Assembly: GCA_002269645.1 (NCBI GenBank)
Contig: NIVC01000509.1
Location: forward strand, 1-64,000
Reading direction: 5' to 3'
Origin: Macrostomum lignano
Lineage: Eukaryota
Length of the DNA: 64,000 bases
Shown here: piece after piece, positions 11,962 to 25,453 of the stretch
How the letters are laid out: every line of letters begins with the position of its first letter
Numbering within the stretch: the stretch's first letter is position 1
Notes under the pieces: model-generated
What the model saw: the letters and a program-made list of their open reading frames with translations, nothing else
Told to the model about the DNA's origin: nothing
The model's database searches: none
Position numbers and translations under genes: made by a program

Positions 11962-12634
11962 GATGAAACCTGTTTGGTTTGCCTTTGGCTGCAAAGAAGA
12001 AAAGTGATTCTTTCAAATTAGTGATAAATGTAATCAAACGTAAAAATAATTTGGTAGATGCAGCCTATTTATATAACAGAAATTAACCAACAAGCTAAAG
12101 AATACAATAACGCTACCAAAGTAGGGATGAATCTAGACCGCACCGGTACAAGTATATTGTTACATAATTTATTTACGATAAATTTAATAAAACTTCACAC
12201 GCAAGTGCCTCAAAAATGAGCGGAAAATACATCAATCAAGCGAACGCTTTAGTTGTACTCGTAGAGTCGAATTTTAAAACAGCAAATAAGCATTTATCTA
12301 AGAGACGCAACTATGCATATATCAGCGGAGTAATTATAATTTTTATTAAAGTAACTGATTGTTACTCTTGCACTTCTGTTATCGAGCGTACAAACTAGTT
12401 ACGTTTTGAATAATAACTTGAGATGGCTAAATCTTGAGAGGGGATGAAGTGCGTTAGATAAATTTACTTCGTATCAACAGATACAATCAGTGTAAAATAA
12501 GAATACCTATACGAGGCGCATTTGCGAAACCAACTTTTACCTTTAAAAATAAATTTAAATCAGAGTTTAATCAATTTCAACTAGTTGAATCAGACAGACA
12601 AGTAAGTAAATGGAGTCGGCTTAGAGATTAGTAA

Positions 12635-13582
12635 CTAGAACCGGCTTCCAAACAGAGCCAGACAGAACCGCGGCACTTTCACAAAGGTTGGTACAAAACC
12701 GGCCAGCCACGAATAGCCCGCGTGGGATAGCATGAATTTTAGCGAGCGCATGCTGAGCACCTGACGATTGCCAGCGTCGCGCAGGCAGTACTCGTCGGCA
12801 AGGTCGCCAGTCAGCAGCACTCGGCCAGTCTTGTCCTTTAACAAGCTGCTCACAGGTGTAGAAGCCAATGCAACAATGGCTTTTCCAGCAAACTCAACAG
12901 TCTCGCCTTGCTCAAACACTCGACGCTGCTGCGGCGGCATATTTGACAGATTAGACATGATCTCTTCGGTTTGAACGGCGCCGGGCCACAGACTGACGGC
13001 GGCCACGCCTCGGGACTTCAACTCAACGGCCATGTCGCCTGCCAGACGATCTACAGCCGCCTTTCCTACACCGTAGGGGACGTTGAACAGGTAGCGCAAT
13101 CCGCCAGCTGAGGAGATGTTAACAATAAGACCCGTGCCCCGCTCTACCATCATGCGAGAGGCGTACACAGAGCAGATGTAGTGATTGCGCAAGCCTACAT
13201 TGTTCACCTCGTCCCAAGCTGACACGTCCAGCTCCCAGAACTTCTTGCCTATCGATTCAAAAATGTAAGACACAGCCGAATAAGCATTGTTAACCAGCAA
13301 GTCCAGACGACCATTTTGCTCTTGCTGAATCTGCTCAAACAACCGCTTAACATCCTCGTCCTTCTTGTGATCGCATTGAACACCAATAGCTCGACCGCCT
13401 CTGGCTTCGATCTCTGCAATGGTTTCTTTGATGCTACCGCCAACTGCAGCACCTGGCTTCGGGTCCATCGTTCGGCCAGTGATGTACACCGTGGCACCGG
13501 CCTCGCCCAGCTGCAGGGCGATGCCTTTGCCGATACCGCGAGTGGCGCCTGTGACTAGACAGACCTTTCCAGATAGAGACAT
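12635..13582 (-). CDS. DHRS1: DHRS1-like copy c (intronless CDS, 315 aa)
   Basis: Complete ORF MSLSGKVCLVTGATRGIG...YGVGK...LFGSRF. Confidence 0.92.
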   Translation of the reverse strand: MSLSGKVCLVTGATRGIGKGIALQLGEAGATVYITGRTMDPKPGAAVGGSIKETIAEIEARGGRAIGVQCDHKKDEDVKRLFEQIQQEQNGRLDLLVNNAYSAVSYIFESIGKKFWELDVSAWDEVNNVGLRNHYICSVYASRMMVERGTGLIVNISSAGGLRYLFNVPYGVGKAAVDRLAGDMAVELKSRGVAAVSLWPGAVQTEEIMSNLSNMPPQQRRVFEQGETVEFAGKAIVALASTPVSSLLKDKTGRVLLTGDLADEYCLRDAGNRQVLSMRSLKFMLSHAGYSWLAGFVPTFVKVPRFCLALFGSRF

Positions 13583-15374
13583 GACTATATTTGCTACAAT
13601 GGTTAACGAATAAAAATTATTCTATGAGTGCAGGATACGCAACAAACAACTCATCCTAATAGCTGTAAAAATCGGCTGCTTCTAGGGCTGTATTAAAGTC
13701 TTTACTGGGCTGGAATCTAGTATAGGTATACCCTTTGGAATATTATTCTCTTCGACGGGGTTCACTTGTTTTAATCTATCTATTATTTGGATTCTTAAGT
13801 TCATTCAGATTTCTGAATTAGATATTTGTTGGATTATCCTAGTTGGTGTGACTTTAATACGGACAGTACGGTGTCAAATCAGCCGTAGAATCAATCTATC
13901 AGATTGTTGGCAAGGTGTCAATTTTACCGCTAGTTAAGACAATAAAAATGACAAAGTCAAGAAGAATACAGTGATGATGAACTGAAGGAATAAACTTCAC
14001 CAAAACAGTTACCACAAAAATCAATCCGGTTATTTTATTTGAACACTTCCATCGATGCACAAGATGAACATATCGGTAAAGAAGAAGCTACCAGATAAAC
14101 TAGGCCAACAAGTGCATTTACTAAAAAGAAAATCGTTTCGCCCATGTCTATCCATATTTATTAAGGTTGTTTGGCTACTTGATTCTGTAGACAAAACAAG
14201 GTACACACCTTTTAATACAATATATTGAGCGCGGCTATTGAAAACAGAATTAGTGGAAAGGTTATGTAAATTAAAGGATTAGTTGTTGGATAATTAAGTC
14301 ACAAACAACAGCAACCTGATCACTGCTAGTGTGTTTTGTGTGTATTCACAAGGTTCAACAAAAATGGTGATCAATGCACAGTGCACTTTAAGGCAAATAA
14401 GCAACAAACTAAATCTATTATATATTGTATCTAGTTGACAAGCTACAGCATATATTAACGCATAATGGTGTTGAATGCAAACAGACATCTGTAATAACAT
14501 TAACATTCATTTGTTTAGTAATTGCAACCGCAAAAACGATGGCCAGTTACAACCGGTGTGACAAGGTTTCGGGGATAATAAACAGGATTCAGTTTATTAT
14601 CGAGGTTTGAAGCGATTTCTTTGGCACACAATGAGTGCTTGATTAATAATTATAATTAATAAAACACAAACTGAAACCCAATGATTCGTGCATCTGGGAG
14701 AGGATGAAAGCTCCACAATATTTTAACAGAATCAGCACTCAAAGCGCACCTGTCAGCATCAGGGCAAGGATAGGTTAAATATACAGATAGAAGACAAAAA
14801 CTAACAAAAGAGGCGTACATTTCTTTTCTCATAGTCAAAAAGGCCTACTAGACTAGATATGAATTATAAGGAAGGATTAAGATTTAGATAACAAAATCGA
14901 TGATAGCAATTATGTACAAGTCTAAATAAAATATGACTTGTACACAAATCAGGCAATATAGTAGATTAATAACGGGTTTTAATATAGATATCCTACTAAC
15001 TTTAAGCAGACTTAGACATGGCATTACGTTATCTCTATGACAGTTTTTCAATTCCATGTTTACCTCCTCTTAGAAGTCTTGAAAGCAGAGAAAAACGCAA
15101 CAGATAATAAACTCAGAAGAAAAGCAGGATATCCGCATGATTCTTAACTATGATAGATGATTTTTGTCCACAGGAATTTTATGGGTAAAAGGCAGGAGTA
15201 TTACTGCTTACTTTGATGAGTCAGGACCTTGTCACCCAATTAGTCATTGCCATTTTGAGCCTGAAATACGCGTAGATTAAACTGACTCGTTATTATAGAT
15301 GATACCCTTTTTCCTATGCTTTTAGTCTCACATTTAGATTGGGGACACCTGCGGTACAATATTCGAACAACCAA

Positions 15375-18300
15375 TCAATCAAGCGAATCCTCATCCTCAG
15401 CTTTCAATCCGTCGCGAGACGACAAATGAAGCAGCCGACGCCGCCTAATCTCCGACTGGTCGGGCGCGGTGGCGGAGGAAGCCGACCCTGAGCCAGTTAG
15501 GTCTGGCTTGTCGTCGACAACTGACGGCGACTCCGGCTTCGCGGTTGACGCTGGCTGGCTAGCGGCTGGCTCGGGTGACCAATTCTCCGACTTTACAGCC
15601 GGTTTCGTGGAGCCTGTTGTTAGTAAATTGGATAAGTTGGCGGTTTGAGAATCGTGTCAGTTTGTACTTAAATGACGATTATGGATAGATCAATGGCAAG
15701 TGACCGGGGCGCTTTCACAAGCTCGAAACTTTATAAGACCGAAATTTCACATCGTAGAAAACTTAATATAACAAGGACCATCCAGTAGTCTTCGGCGTTG
15801 TGAAATTTTGGACTAATGAAGCCCCCCCATGTTCGCCATATGTAATATGACATCCCTTGCTATGGACTAAGGAGTTGTTGACGTGAACTTTCGACCTTGT
15901 GAAGTTTTGAGTTTGCGAAGGAAGGTGCTTTCGACGTGAAATTTTGAGCTTGTGAACCCCCCAGAGTCTAAGAACTCAAAGTCAACTTAATTTAAAAGAA
16001 GGACTAGCAATATTTGCGCTATGCATACATGTACATAGCATTTTACAGTCACTTATATCAGTTTCCCTAAGAAAAAAACTTAAGCATCAGCCCTGAAACC
16101 CAGCTATCTAGCCTAAGATATCAGCACGGCCTTTGAGCCTTGGCATTAAAAACTCCACATTGGCCTGGGGATCCCAGCAACTCCCCTTGAGCATTGGCAT
16201 CCCAGCAATTCTATCCCTAATCTAACATTGCTTGACGCTAAAGAACGATTAAAAAGATCAGATTTTTAGAACGACAGACTGAAAAATGATTTACACGCGC
16301 ATAAGAAACAGTTGTGTAAAAATTACGATACATGCACTATACTACTTACTGCTAGTACTATTAGCGGTGGCCTCAGCAGCTGATCCAGCAGCAGGAGCAG
16401 AAGCGGCGGCTGCAGATGCGCCTGCTTGACTGTCCTCAGCAAGCGGTGGAGGCGGCCCAATCCGCGCCATTAGCTGGGTGTACTGGCCCATCTGCAGTAC
16501 GGCGGCGTCTAGCAGAGCCGAGATTCTCTGCAGGTGCTCAACTCGACGCTCGAGAGCTTCGCGATTCCAAGCCTCCATTCGGCGAAGTTCAGCCTCGCTG
16601 AGTTGCTTCAAATCGTCCGGCAGCAGCGGAGCCGGGGCAGCAGGAATCGATGCCGAGAAATCGGCGGAAGGTAGGAAGAATGCGGCTGGAGGCGACGAGG
16701 AAGCTGCGGCGCTACCGGATGCAGCGGCGGCAGCGGCTTGGGAATCAGCCGAAGCTGACGATGGAGCCGAAGGAGCAGCAGCAGCAGCAGCAGCCGCTGC
16801 AGGTGGCTGTTGCTGCTGCTGTTGTTGCTGCTGCTGCTGATTGTCTCTAAGTACATCCATCCGACAAGTTGGACAAGTCTGCTGGCGCTGGAACCAAGAT
16901 CGCAAGCAATTAGAATGGAAAATATGGCCGCATGGCAATTTTTTACAGCCAGTATCAGGCAGCATCTCTTCGCGACAGATGATGCAGACATTATCGGAGC
17001 TAGATAAATCCTCGGCTGTAGCGTCTGGATAGCGTTGCTGCATGATTCGGATGGCCCGGCGCGACAGCACCATGTCGCTTAGTGCCAGCTTGAAGCTTCT
17101 AAATGCCGTATAAGCTGGTCGAATAGCGAACAATGGAAAAGCGTGCACTCGTAGCATGATGAAGATGAACATGGCGTACAAAAGCAGGCTTGCGGCAGAC
17201 AAGACCAGCTCGCCCCAAAGCATTAGAATAGCTTTACGATCCCATGGTTCGTCGGAGCGCGAATCTATCGCGTGCAATATGTACTTTTGCCAGACGCCCA
17301 AAGCGAACACAAACAATATGGCGTATTCAAAACCGAATACTAATTGTACGCTGGCTCCTCTAGCCAATGTGGTTCGATAGGCGTATCGAATAAAAGCGGC
17401 ATCGAGCAGGCACAGGCAGGTGAGTACACCCATAGCTCGCAGGTGAAACACTCGAGTAATAACTGGACTGCGCTCCATAAAATCGACTCGATCCTCTGCT
17501 AGCCAGTGAAAGCATTTAATGAATAGCAGCAAAGTAAACATGGTGAAGAAACGGAATGACAAGTCGTCGCGAAATGCTGCGAAAGCTAAGCAGGTCTCAG
17601 TGATAGCGTACCAGCCCCGCTCGATTAGGTGCTCAACTTCGGTTGGACGAAGCTGGCCAAAGAATATGCGAGCTATGGTTTTGCCCAATAGGTAAATTAG
17701 TACGATGCCTTGCAGATAGAGAACCTACAATATTTAGTGAATATTTTCCTATGAGAGCAGTCAATATTTTTGTGTACTATACAACATCTTATCAGAAAAT
17801 AATAAGATTCCTTAGAACTGTATTTCTAAATCTTATTAGCTTTCTTAGATTTCTATTGCAATTCTATCATCTTTAACTGCAGTAAGATATTTAGGAAGTA
17901 TTGATAGATCAAAGTATTTTTAGGCATTTTTCATTTTGATAGTTGGACTTACTCTATTAGCAGTGGCAATGGCATGGCCAAAAATTTAGGATGGGGTCTA
18001 AAACCTTGAAATTATTAAATAATGCAAAAGTAAGAAATTCAGTTTAGACTACTAAGACAACAAGTAGACAAATAAAACTTTAACTAGACAAATCTTCAAA
18101 ATAGGCTCAAATATCATCATACAAGATGCCAATGCCTGCATATTAGAAATAAATTACTAGAGTTTTATTTGATGAAAATTTACAAGTTCTACACTAAATA
18201 CTTATATATCAAACCCAAACCATTTTTGTATAACAAAATTTTCAATGAGAGGCAAATATATATCCATATAAATTTCTAGCCTAAAGGCCATATCTATCCA

Positions 18301-21300
18301 TATACTAAAATGGTTTGTTGATTTGTCTGTCTGTCAATATGTTATCAATTTTAGGAAAAAATAGATTATAGTGTGTTGACGAATATAATATACCTATCGT
18401 ATATTCTAATGTGCACTCAATATGATCTAGTGTATTATATATATTCAAAACTTTTAAGTGCTAACCATACACATTTATCTAAACAAAAATAGGAATAAAA
18501 ATAATAGATAGACTAGCAATCTATAGTGCCCTCTTTCAGGCACTCAATAAGGGACAAAAATTATTTATATGAATTCTATTTGCCTTGACACTTCCCCCCA
18601 ATCCTTGATTGTTCCCCAAAACAATCCCCCTAGCAAGCCTTGAAATCTCAGCAATTCTCCTGAGCAAATATCCCCTAAAAGTAAGCAACCCTAGATAGCT
18701 TGCAATACCTCCAGATAGGAACTGCCTTCCCTAGATAATAAGTATCTTTCAAATATCAGCAAGCACTTGCCAGATAACAAGTATCCCCCCTCCTAATAGC
18801 AAGCACTCCCAAGATATAGTAAACATCCCTAGATAAAAAGAATCTCCTCTCTCCCAAATAGTAAATGACCCCTCCTAAATAACAAGTTAGTGTAACACTT
18901 TCCTTAGCTAGTACAATAATCTTTTACTTATTAAGTGCAGTAATATTTTTCTTATGTAGTGCAATAATCCTTTCTTTAGCCAATGCAATAATCTATATCT
19001 TAGATAATGAAATATTCATTTTCATCTAGAGCAAAAGTCCTTTCTCTATGTACTGCAATATTTCTTATCTAATACAATAAAGTCATTATCTTATATAGTG
19101 CAATAACCTTTTTCTTATCTTTCACAAATTCTTTTCTGACATAGTGCAAAAGTCTTTTTTAGCTAGTGTACAATCATATCTTTTTAATAAGTACAATAAT
19201 ACTTGTCTTAGCCAATGAAATAATCATTTTTAAGCTAATGCAATTATTTTTTTCTACTTTAAATTACAAAATTAAAATATTACAATTCAAACCTAGTATG
19301 CTTATATTCAGGCTAGCTTTTGTCAAATTAAAAATGAATTATAGTACTTTTAATGGTTTTAATATTATAATACAAATATATAAAGTCAAAGTCAAAATAA
19401 AGCCAATATATATGTGATAAATAAAAAGCCTAATATGATGCCCTGTTGGGATGATTTAAAAATTTGTAGACATGCATTAAGGGTCTAGCAAAAATGTGCT
19501 AAGGGGTCATTCTCTAAGACCAAGATACATGGGCCATATGAATATAACCCATTTCTGTAATAGCCACTTTGGTAACAAAAAATAACCACTTTGATAATTG
19601 CCACTAGGGTAACAAAGCAAATTCATAACTGTCAACACAATATCTCATGCTAGGTCCAGATTGTGCTAGGTGCATACCTGAACAAAAATGGAAGAATTAC
19701 AAATGCACACCAAAAAAATTTAGTATGCACCCATTTTCTCAAATCTAGGCTAATATTGCAACAATAAATAACATTTTTTGCATTGCAACAGTAAATGACT
19801 TTTTTGACATTGTGTAAAAGACCTTTTTTGCTAATAATTAGTCAATTATTTTTCTTACTTTTTTATACTATTTGCAATATAAAATCAGTACACACAAACT
19901 TCTATTTTAATGCATTAATAACTAGCTTAACAGCTAGAAAAATTGAAATTTTTTCCTCAATTTTTTTTCTTTTTTTTTCTTTAAAATTATTTTTTTTTCA
20001 GGAATCTTTTTTTTACTTAACACTAAATATTCTATATGATTCTATAAAGTGTATACCAGGTATGCGCATATACTATTACTTAACAGTTGTGCATGCCAAC
20101 TATATATACTTAAATTTAGGTATGCAAGGTTATTGCACACTTGAATTTTTAGGCATATTCTACATGATCAAAAGTGTGATATCTTTATGGTAGTTAACTT
20201 TATCGATAATTAATCTACTATTTACCATCTTAAATATTTTGTCATATATAGTTTAATTTCTAGTTGAACTATATTATAATTTGTTAATACTTGTGTATTA
20301 ACTTTTATAAATAAGATTGAAGGCAAAGAAAATTAAACAAAATGTATTTTAAACATTAAAATTTTGTAAGTATAATTAACAAAAAAGAAAGTAAATTTTG
20401 TAATTTAAATTCACTAACTTAGAGATTCTAATATATACAATATTTGGTCAATTATACAATATTTTTGGTGCATGCATTTAGTGCCCTAAAAAGAGGGAAA
20501 GATTGGCTTAAATACTTTTAAACAAATAGTTTTATGCATTAATTCAAATCTCTCAAAGTGTGCAAGAACAATTATTTTTTATTTTTCTTTCCTTCAAGTT
20601 CATTTGCACATTATTCTAGACTCTTTTAGAGTCTTTTAGACTTTAGAGTCTTTAGTCTTTAAAGTATTTTAGACTCTAAATTAGAGCATATTAATCAATA
20701 AATATTGTTTATAATCACTTGTTGGCAAATTGGTTGTTACCAAAATGGCTATCACCAAATTGGACCATTATTAACCACATCAATTATCAAAGGGTCACAA
20801 TCATCAAATATGTATAGGCCCTATGCTGGGGCCTAGGAAGTATTGCATAGGCTTTATTCAGGCCAAAGCCAGGAAGACAATAGAATCCTCAGAATTTTCT
20901 GGCGCAAATCAGCAATTTGCTGGTGCACGGCGCACACTTCACTGCGCCGCGTGCGCATGGCTTGGTGCATTGGTGCATGGCTCGGCGCATAGCACACAAG
21001 GTACATCAGTAGTGTTCCGCCGTAATTACAGCTACGGCTACAGCAAATTACGGCTACAACACTTTTAAAGCCGTATTTTCATTATGGATTACGGTTATGG
21101 ACATATTTTGAGCTTACAGTTACGGTTACGGATTACGGAGATTTTTCTAGACTTGCCGTAATTGGTAGCCGTAACAAAAATTATTTATTTTTAACTGTTT
21201 AGTGTTATAAAAGAATTTTTTTATATCAACTTCAACCAGTTTTCATTTTGTTTTACTAGTTATTATTATTTTTTACATTTGTTAAGTTTCTAAATATCTA

Positions 21301-24300
21301 CGAAACTTCTTGAAAATGAAAAACGAATTTTTTCACAAATTTTCTCATTAGGCATATGACATAGCATAGCATAGCGATAGCATGATAGCAGCGAGACAGA
21401 GAGAGCCAGTCAAAGCCTACAAGAGACTAAGAATCTGGCATTCTTATTTCTTAGCCATATGTAGCATTTAGCTCCTTAGCATAAAAATAGGATATTAGAT
21501 TTAGATTATGAGGATAAGGATGAAAGAATATTAATAAGGAAATACTAAATAAATACTAATAGGATAAGAATATGAATTATGATTGAAAATTGATTGAAAC
21601 CAAAGAAGACAATACAATAGACAATGCAATAAAATGAAAATGAAAAAATGTAACATGCAATTTCTTAGTCATCGGAAATTTTGAAGCAGTTTTATTTGAA
21701 CAAATTCATATATTTATTTAATGATATTAAACATACACATTGACCTTGGCACGTCAGTCATATATTCATATTGTAGCGAAACAAAACAGAATCACGACAC
21801 AGAAAACTGAAAAAGGCACTAAGCACACAATTGCATACAACAATGCTATAGAATACTTCGATAAAGATATTATATTTACGAAAAAATAAATGAATATTAA
21901 TGCATGAACGAACAACAAGTAGGTTTTATTGCTATCCTTTTATCCTTTTTATCTGTCCTTTTCTGTCTACCCTACTTTTCATGCAAAAATATCAATTTTT
22001 GTTATACATTACGACTACGGTTACGGCAAATTACGGTTACAGACTTTTTTAGCCCGTAATGACGGCAAAATTCGGCTACGGAAGTTGCTTCTTTCTTACG
22101 GCTACGGTTACGGTTATGGAGGTCAAAACTCGCGGCGGCGGAACACTATACATCAGTGTATGTGACAATATAATAATGAATAATAAAAAAACGTATATTA
22201 AATGTCAATCAATCAATAAAATAAGCGATAGTCGATACGATAGTCATTTTTTCCAATGTTGTTTCTATTTCAAATTTCATTAATCGTAGCTTTTAATGAT
22301 TGCAAATTTTAACAAATTTGTGCCTTTTGCAGCTTTTGTTGCACCTTTTTGCTTATATTTTGCAAATAGAAGCCATGATTGAACTGCTTGAACTTCCATT
22401 GGTATTGATTCAATTTAGATACTTAATACTTGATGGTGCTTTTTCAAGTATATTTTTCTTTGCGCATGGCGCACAAGTAATTTTTTTTCTCGGCGCACGT
22501 GGCCCATAGTTCGGAACACTCTGTATGTACCCCGGAAAAAAAACTACCAATTTTTTTTGTGTACGCCGATGTACGCCATATATCTTTGTGACGTTGTCGT
22601 TTACAGTGCAGTTATTAAATTTGTCTTCTATGTAAATATATTACTTATAGGAGATCGAAAACAAAATCACTTCCAAACATTTGGTACTGTAGCTGCTCAT
22701 GAATCTTGCACCGAGGATTTTCAGCTCGAAAGGCTTCATGGAGTGCACCCTATGACTCCGCAATTGCATCCCATTGGTTCATTGCTGCTTCATTGCTTAA
22801 CGGTGTGGCCGTTTTGTTGTGTGGCTATTCCGCGTAACACGCGCCACACGCGGAACGGCCACACGACAAAACGGCCACACCGTCAAAACGGCCACACGAC
22901 AAAACGGCCACACGATGTAATAATTTTTTATTTTTTCATTTTTCATTTTTAACAATGGACGACAGTTGTCCAAAGTGTCTACTTAGAGTCAGACCTCGCC
23001 AGCATGCATTGTGTCTGAAAGGTGAGTTGCTATTTATAGTATGCTGTTATAGTTGTAATTATTTGAATTAACTGTAATTGGTAATTATTGTATATCTGCT
23101 GCTACTGCAGGAGACGCAGCCGTTTCTATAGCTCGCTACAATGCCATGAAGAATGAGACGATGCCATGGTTTTGTCCAAATTGCCTGCTAGCACCCAGCT
23201 CAGCTGCTGAGCACAGTGCGGCAGCGGAACCCAGCTTAGCTGCTGAGGAGCGACCTGCCTTACATTTGCGAATAAGGATACCAGCATCTGACGCACCTGA
23301 AGTTGTTACCAGAAGGTTTAGGTAAGTCGATGCATGTGAAGTTGAGATAAAGCAGATTTTTTTCTACATTCCAATTCTCTACATTTCAGGCCTCAAGGCT
23401 GACTCTGAGACACTTGTAGACAGCTTGTTTAAGTTGCATAGCACAGAATTGGATGTTGGCATTGACGAACCAACAATTGAGCTGGAGCTTCCAACAGTAC
23501 TGGAAGAAGAGGAAGAGGCTTTCTTACACAACTATTTTAGCATCTTTTAAAAATTTGCATAACTGCTGGTCGCTCCATAAAATACAATTTCGTCTTCGCT
23601 TCTCTGGTGCTTCCTTTTCGGATCCTTTTCGGCCTACATAAATTTCACAATATCTCAATGCATTTACTTCTTTTGCATTTTGATGTCATAAGCTGGATCT
23701 CATGAGCAATCGATCTGCAACCCTTTTTGTTTTATGTGGCCGTTTTGTCGTGTGGCCGTTTTAACGGTGTGGCCGTTTTGTCGTGTGGCTGTTCCACGTG
23801 TGGCCGTTTTGACGGGCATCCAAGGAACTGCTGGGCCGCGAAGGTTGGGATGACTCGCGCATTTGAGTCCGATACAACCTAAATGAATGTCCAGAGTTGT
23901 ATCTATCTGGAATATCAAATGTCTCACGCCCAAAATGGCCCGATAAAAACATATTTAATTTTAAATTGTCTATGTTGAAAACGGAAAGTAACTTTTTTAT
24001 TTATCAGTAAGAACTATTAAAAAGTGACAGATTTATATGTACACAGTTTATTTATAAAATTTAAGTAAAATTTGTGCATTTTTTGTTAAAATTACAACTT
24101 CACCACAAGCAAAAAACATGAAAGTCAGTTCTGCATCAATCGTGAAATTTTACAGTAAATGCATAATGAACGACTTTGTAACTGTTATTGATTTCACTAG
24201 GTTACGAATTTTTTGTTTTTTGGTGCATGTTACACACCAAATTAATAATCATGGTTAAACATGTACGCCAAAAGCCTTAGAAAATTACTATTTGTACGCC

Positions 24301-24798
24301 AACATGTACGCCAAATTTCTTGACTGTACCCCGGAAATTTCCGGCGTACATGCCCTCTTCCGAACTATGGCACGTGGCGCACAACAAAAATTTTGATGGA
24401 TGTTATTCCGGCGCACATGCTGCACCTTCCTGACCATGGTATTCAGGCCTATCTAAAAAAATGATAAATTACAGCATACTCTAAAACCTATTTAAATAAT
24501 GAATATAGGCCTAATTTTATTCCAAAAGAAAGAAAAAAATTAATAACTAGAAGATATTTTTGCAAACATTTTCATCAACATAGCATATAGTCTATAGGAA
24601 TGGTAATATTTGCTCCTTATAAAATAATTTATATTTTCAATATACAATATATCATATGCGATCACTTACGGCTGTACTTGAGTTTGACTTTGTTAAGTAG
24701 ACAATGGATGGATAAAACTGCTTTTTCTGAAAGAAAGCATTTCCAAAGACAAGAATTGTCAAAGCAAAGCTTAAGGATGACAGCGCAAAGGTGCGCAT
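15375..24798 (-). CDS. SYVN1: ERAD E3 ubiquitin ligase HRD1/synoviolin; exons 24670-24798, 16350-17724, 15375-15613
   Basis: Exon 1 MRTFALSS...QFYPSIVYLTKSNSSTA joins VLYLQG...FFGQLRPTEVEHLIER. RING-H2 CIICREEM...CGHIFHSNCLRSWFQRQQTCPTCR. Last exon contains EIRRRRL. All junctions are GT-AG and in phase; intron 1 is about 6.9 kb. Confidence 0.95.
15707..15962. mobile_element. Small degenerate inverted-repeat element (MITE-like) in HRD1 intron 2
   Basis: TTCACAAGCTC near the left end and GAGCTTGTGAA near the right end, with repeated GTGAAATTT/TTCGAC motifs; no clear TSD. Confidence 0.45.
18610..18890. repeat. Degenerate about 20-bp repeat (GCAAGCATCCCCTAGATA family)
   Basis: Repeated AGCAAG..TCCCC..AGAT units; same family as 26755-27030. 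Confidence 0.6.
21010..22148. mobile_element. Non-autonomous hAT-type element nested in the outer element
   Basis: Perfect 12-bp TIR TAGTGTTCCGCC / GGCGGAACACTA. Exact TSD TACATCAG at 21002-21009 and 22149-22156. TTACGG/TACGG subterminal repeats. Confidence 0.9.
22504..24370. mobile_element. Second nested 8-bp-TSD DNA transposon
   Basis: 13-bp TIR CCATAGTTCGGAA / TTCCGAACTATGG. Exact TSD CACGTGGC at 22496-22503 and 24371-24378. TGTACGCC subterminal motifs. Confidence 0.9.
22797..23821 (+). mobile_element. Mutator/Phantom-like element remnant carrying a spliced, degenerate PHD-finger gene fragment
   Basis: Inverted subterminal arrays of GGCCACACGACAAAAC / GTTTTGTCGTGTGGCC; right end ..GACGGGCATCC. 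Internal MDDSCPKCLLRVRPRQHALCLK|GDAAVSIARYNAMKNETMPWFCPNC with GT-AG introns at 23022-23110 and about 23322-23389. Confidence 0.6.
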
Positions 24799-25453
24799 AA
24801 TTGCATTTATTGGTTTCTTAAAGACTTTGCTAAGTCACAGGAAAAACTTGTTGGTCAAACACTAAAATTTGACTAATAGCAAATTGTAAATAAATGACGT
24901 GGATTCAAAAAAAAATTTCTACGTTGCAGTTTAAATTTCGATAAAAATCACCCTGTGCCAAACCTGTATTAAAAAAACATGAAATAATACCATATTCCGC
25001 TAATAGAAATTAAAAGTATTTTTGTATCTAAAACATTAGCCGGTAGGTTCACGAGATTATCAAAGTAAAAATATGTGTACAGTGTTTGTTTAATTGTTTA
25101 TAGAAAGGCGAACCGTGTTTAAATTTTTATTTTAACTTGTGGACTCCAGCACTAGCCTTGCTAGCATAGATGGATCCCGCCGGCGCGCGCGTTTATTGAT
25201 TTATTGGTCCGTTTATAATTCATTGTTTTTAGTTTCAACTAAGCTGCGTGTTGACACGTACTGGCAAATTTGGAGTCTATGCCTGACTTTGGAGCCTTAA
25301 ACACTTAAAGCATGAGAATTTCGTAGAATTTATAAATTCAAATTTTACGACTTAAAGTGGCCTAAGCCTGACTAGGCCTAGGGCCTACTCAAGACAAGAT
25401 GACGGCGGCAGCGTCAACACAAGTCACAACTAATATTTGTCATTGTTGATTTT

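Larger units (their letters stand above)
20863..24439. mobile_element. Non-autonomous DNA transposon (outer element of a nest), 8-bp TSD, hAT-like
   Basis: TSD TATTCAGG at 20855-20862 and 24440-24447. Imperfect TIRs CCAAAGCCAGGAAG / CTTCCTGACCATGG. GGCGCA subterminal motifs at both ends. Confidence 0.8.

Noticed and set aside
19166-20193. AT-rich ORFs in HRD1 intron 1
   Set aside because: Phe/Ile/Leu/Lys-biased translations of AT-rich DNA. Faint inverted repeats at about 19550 and 20730 were too decayed to call.
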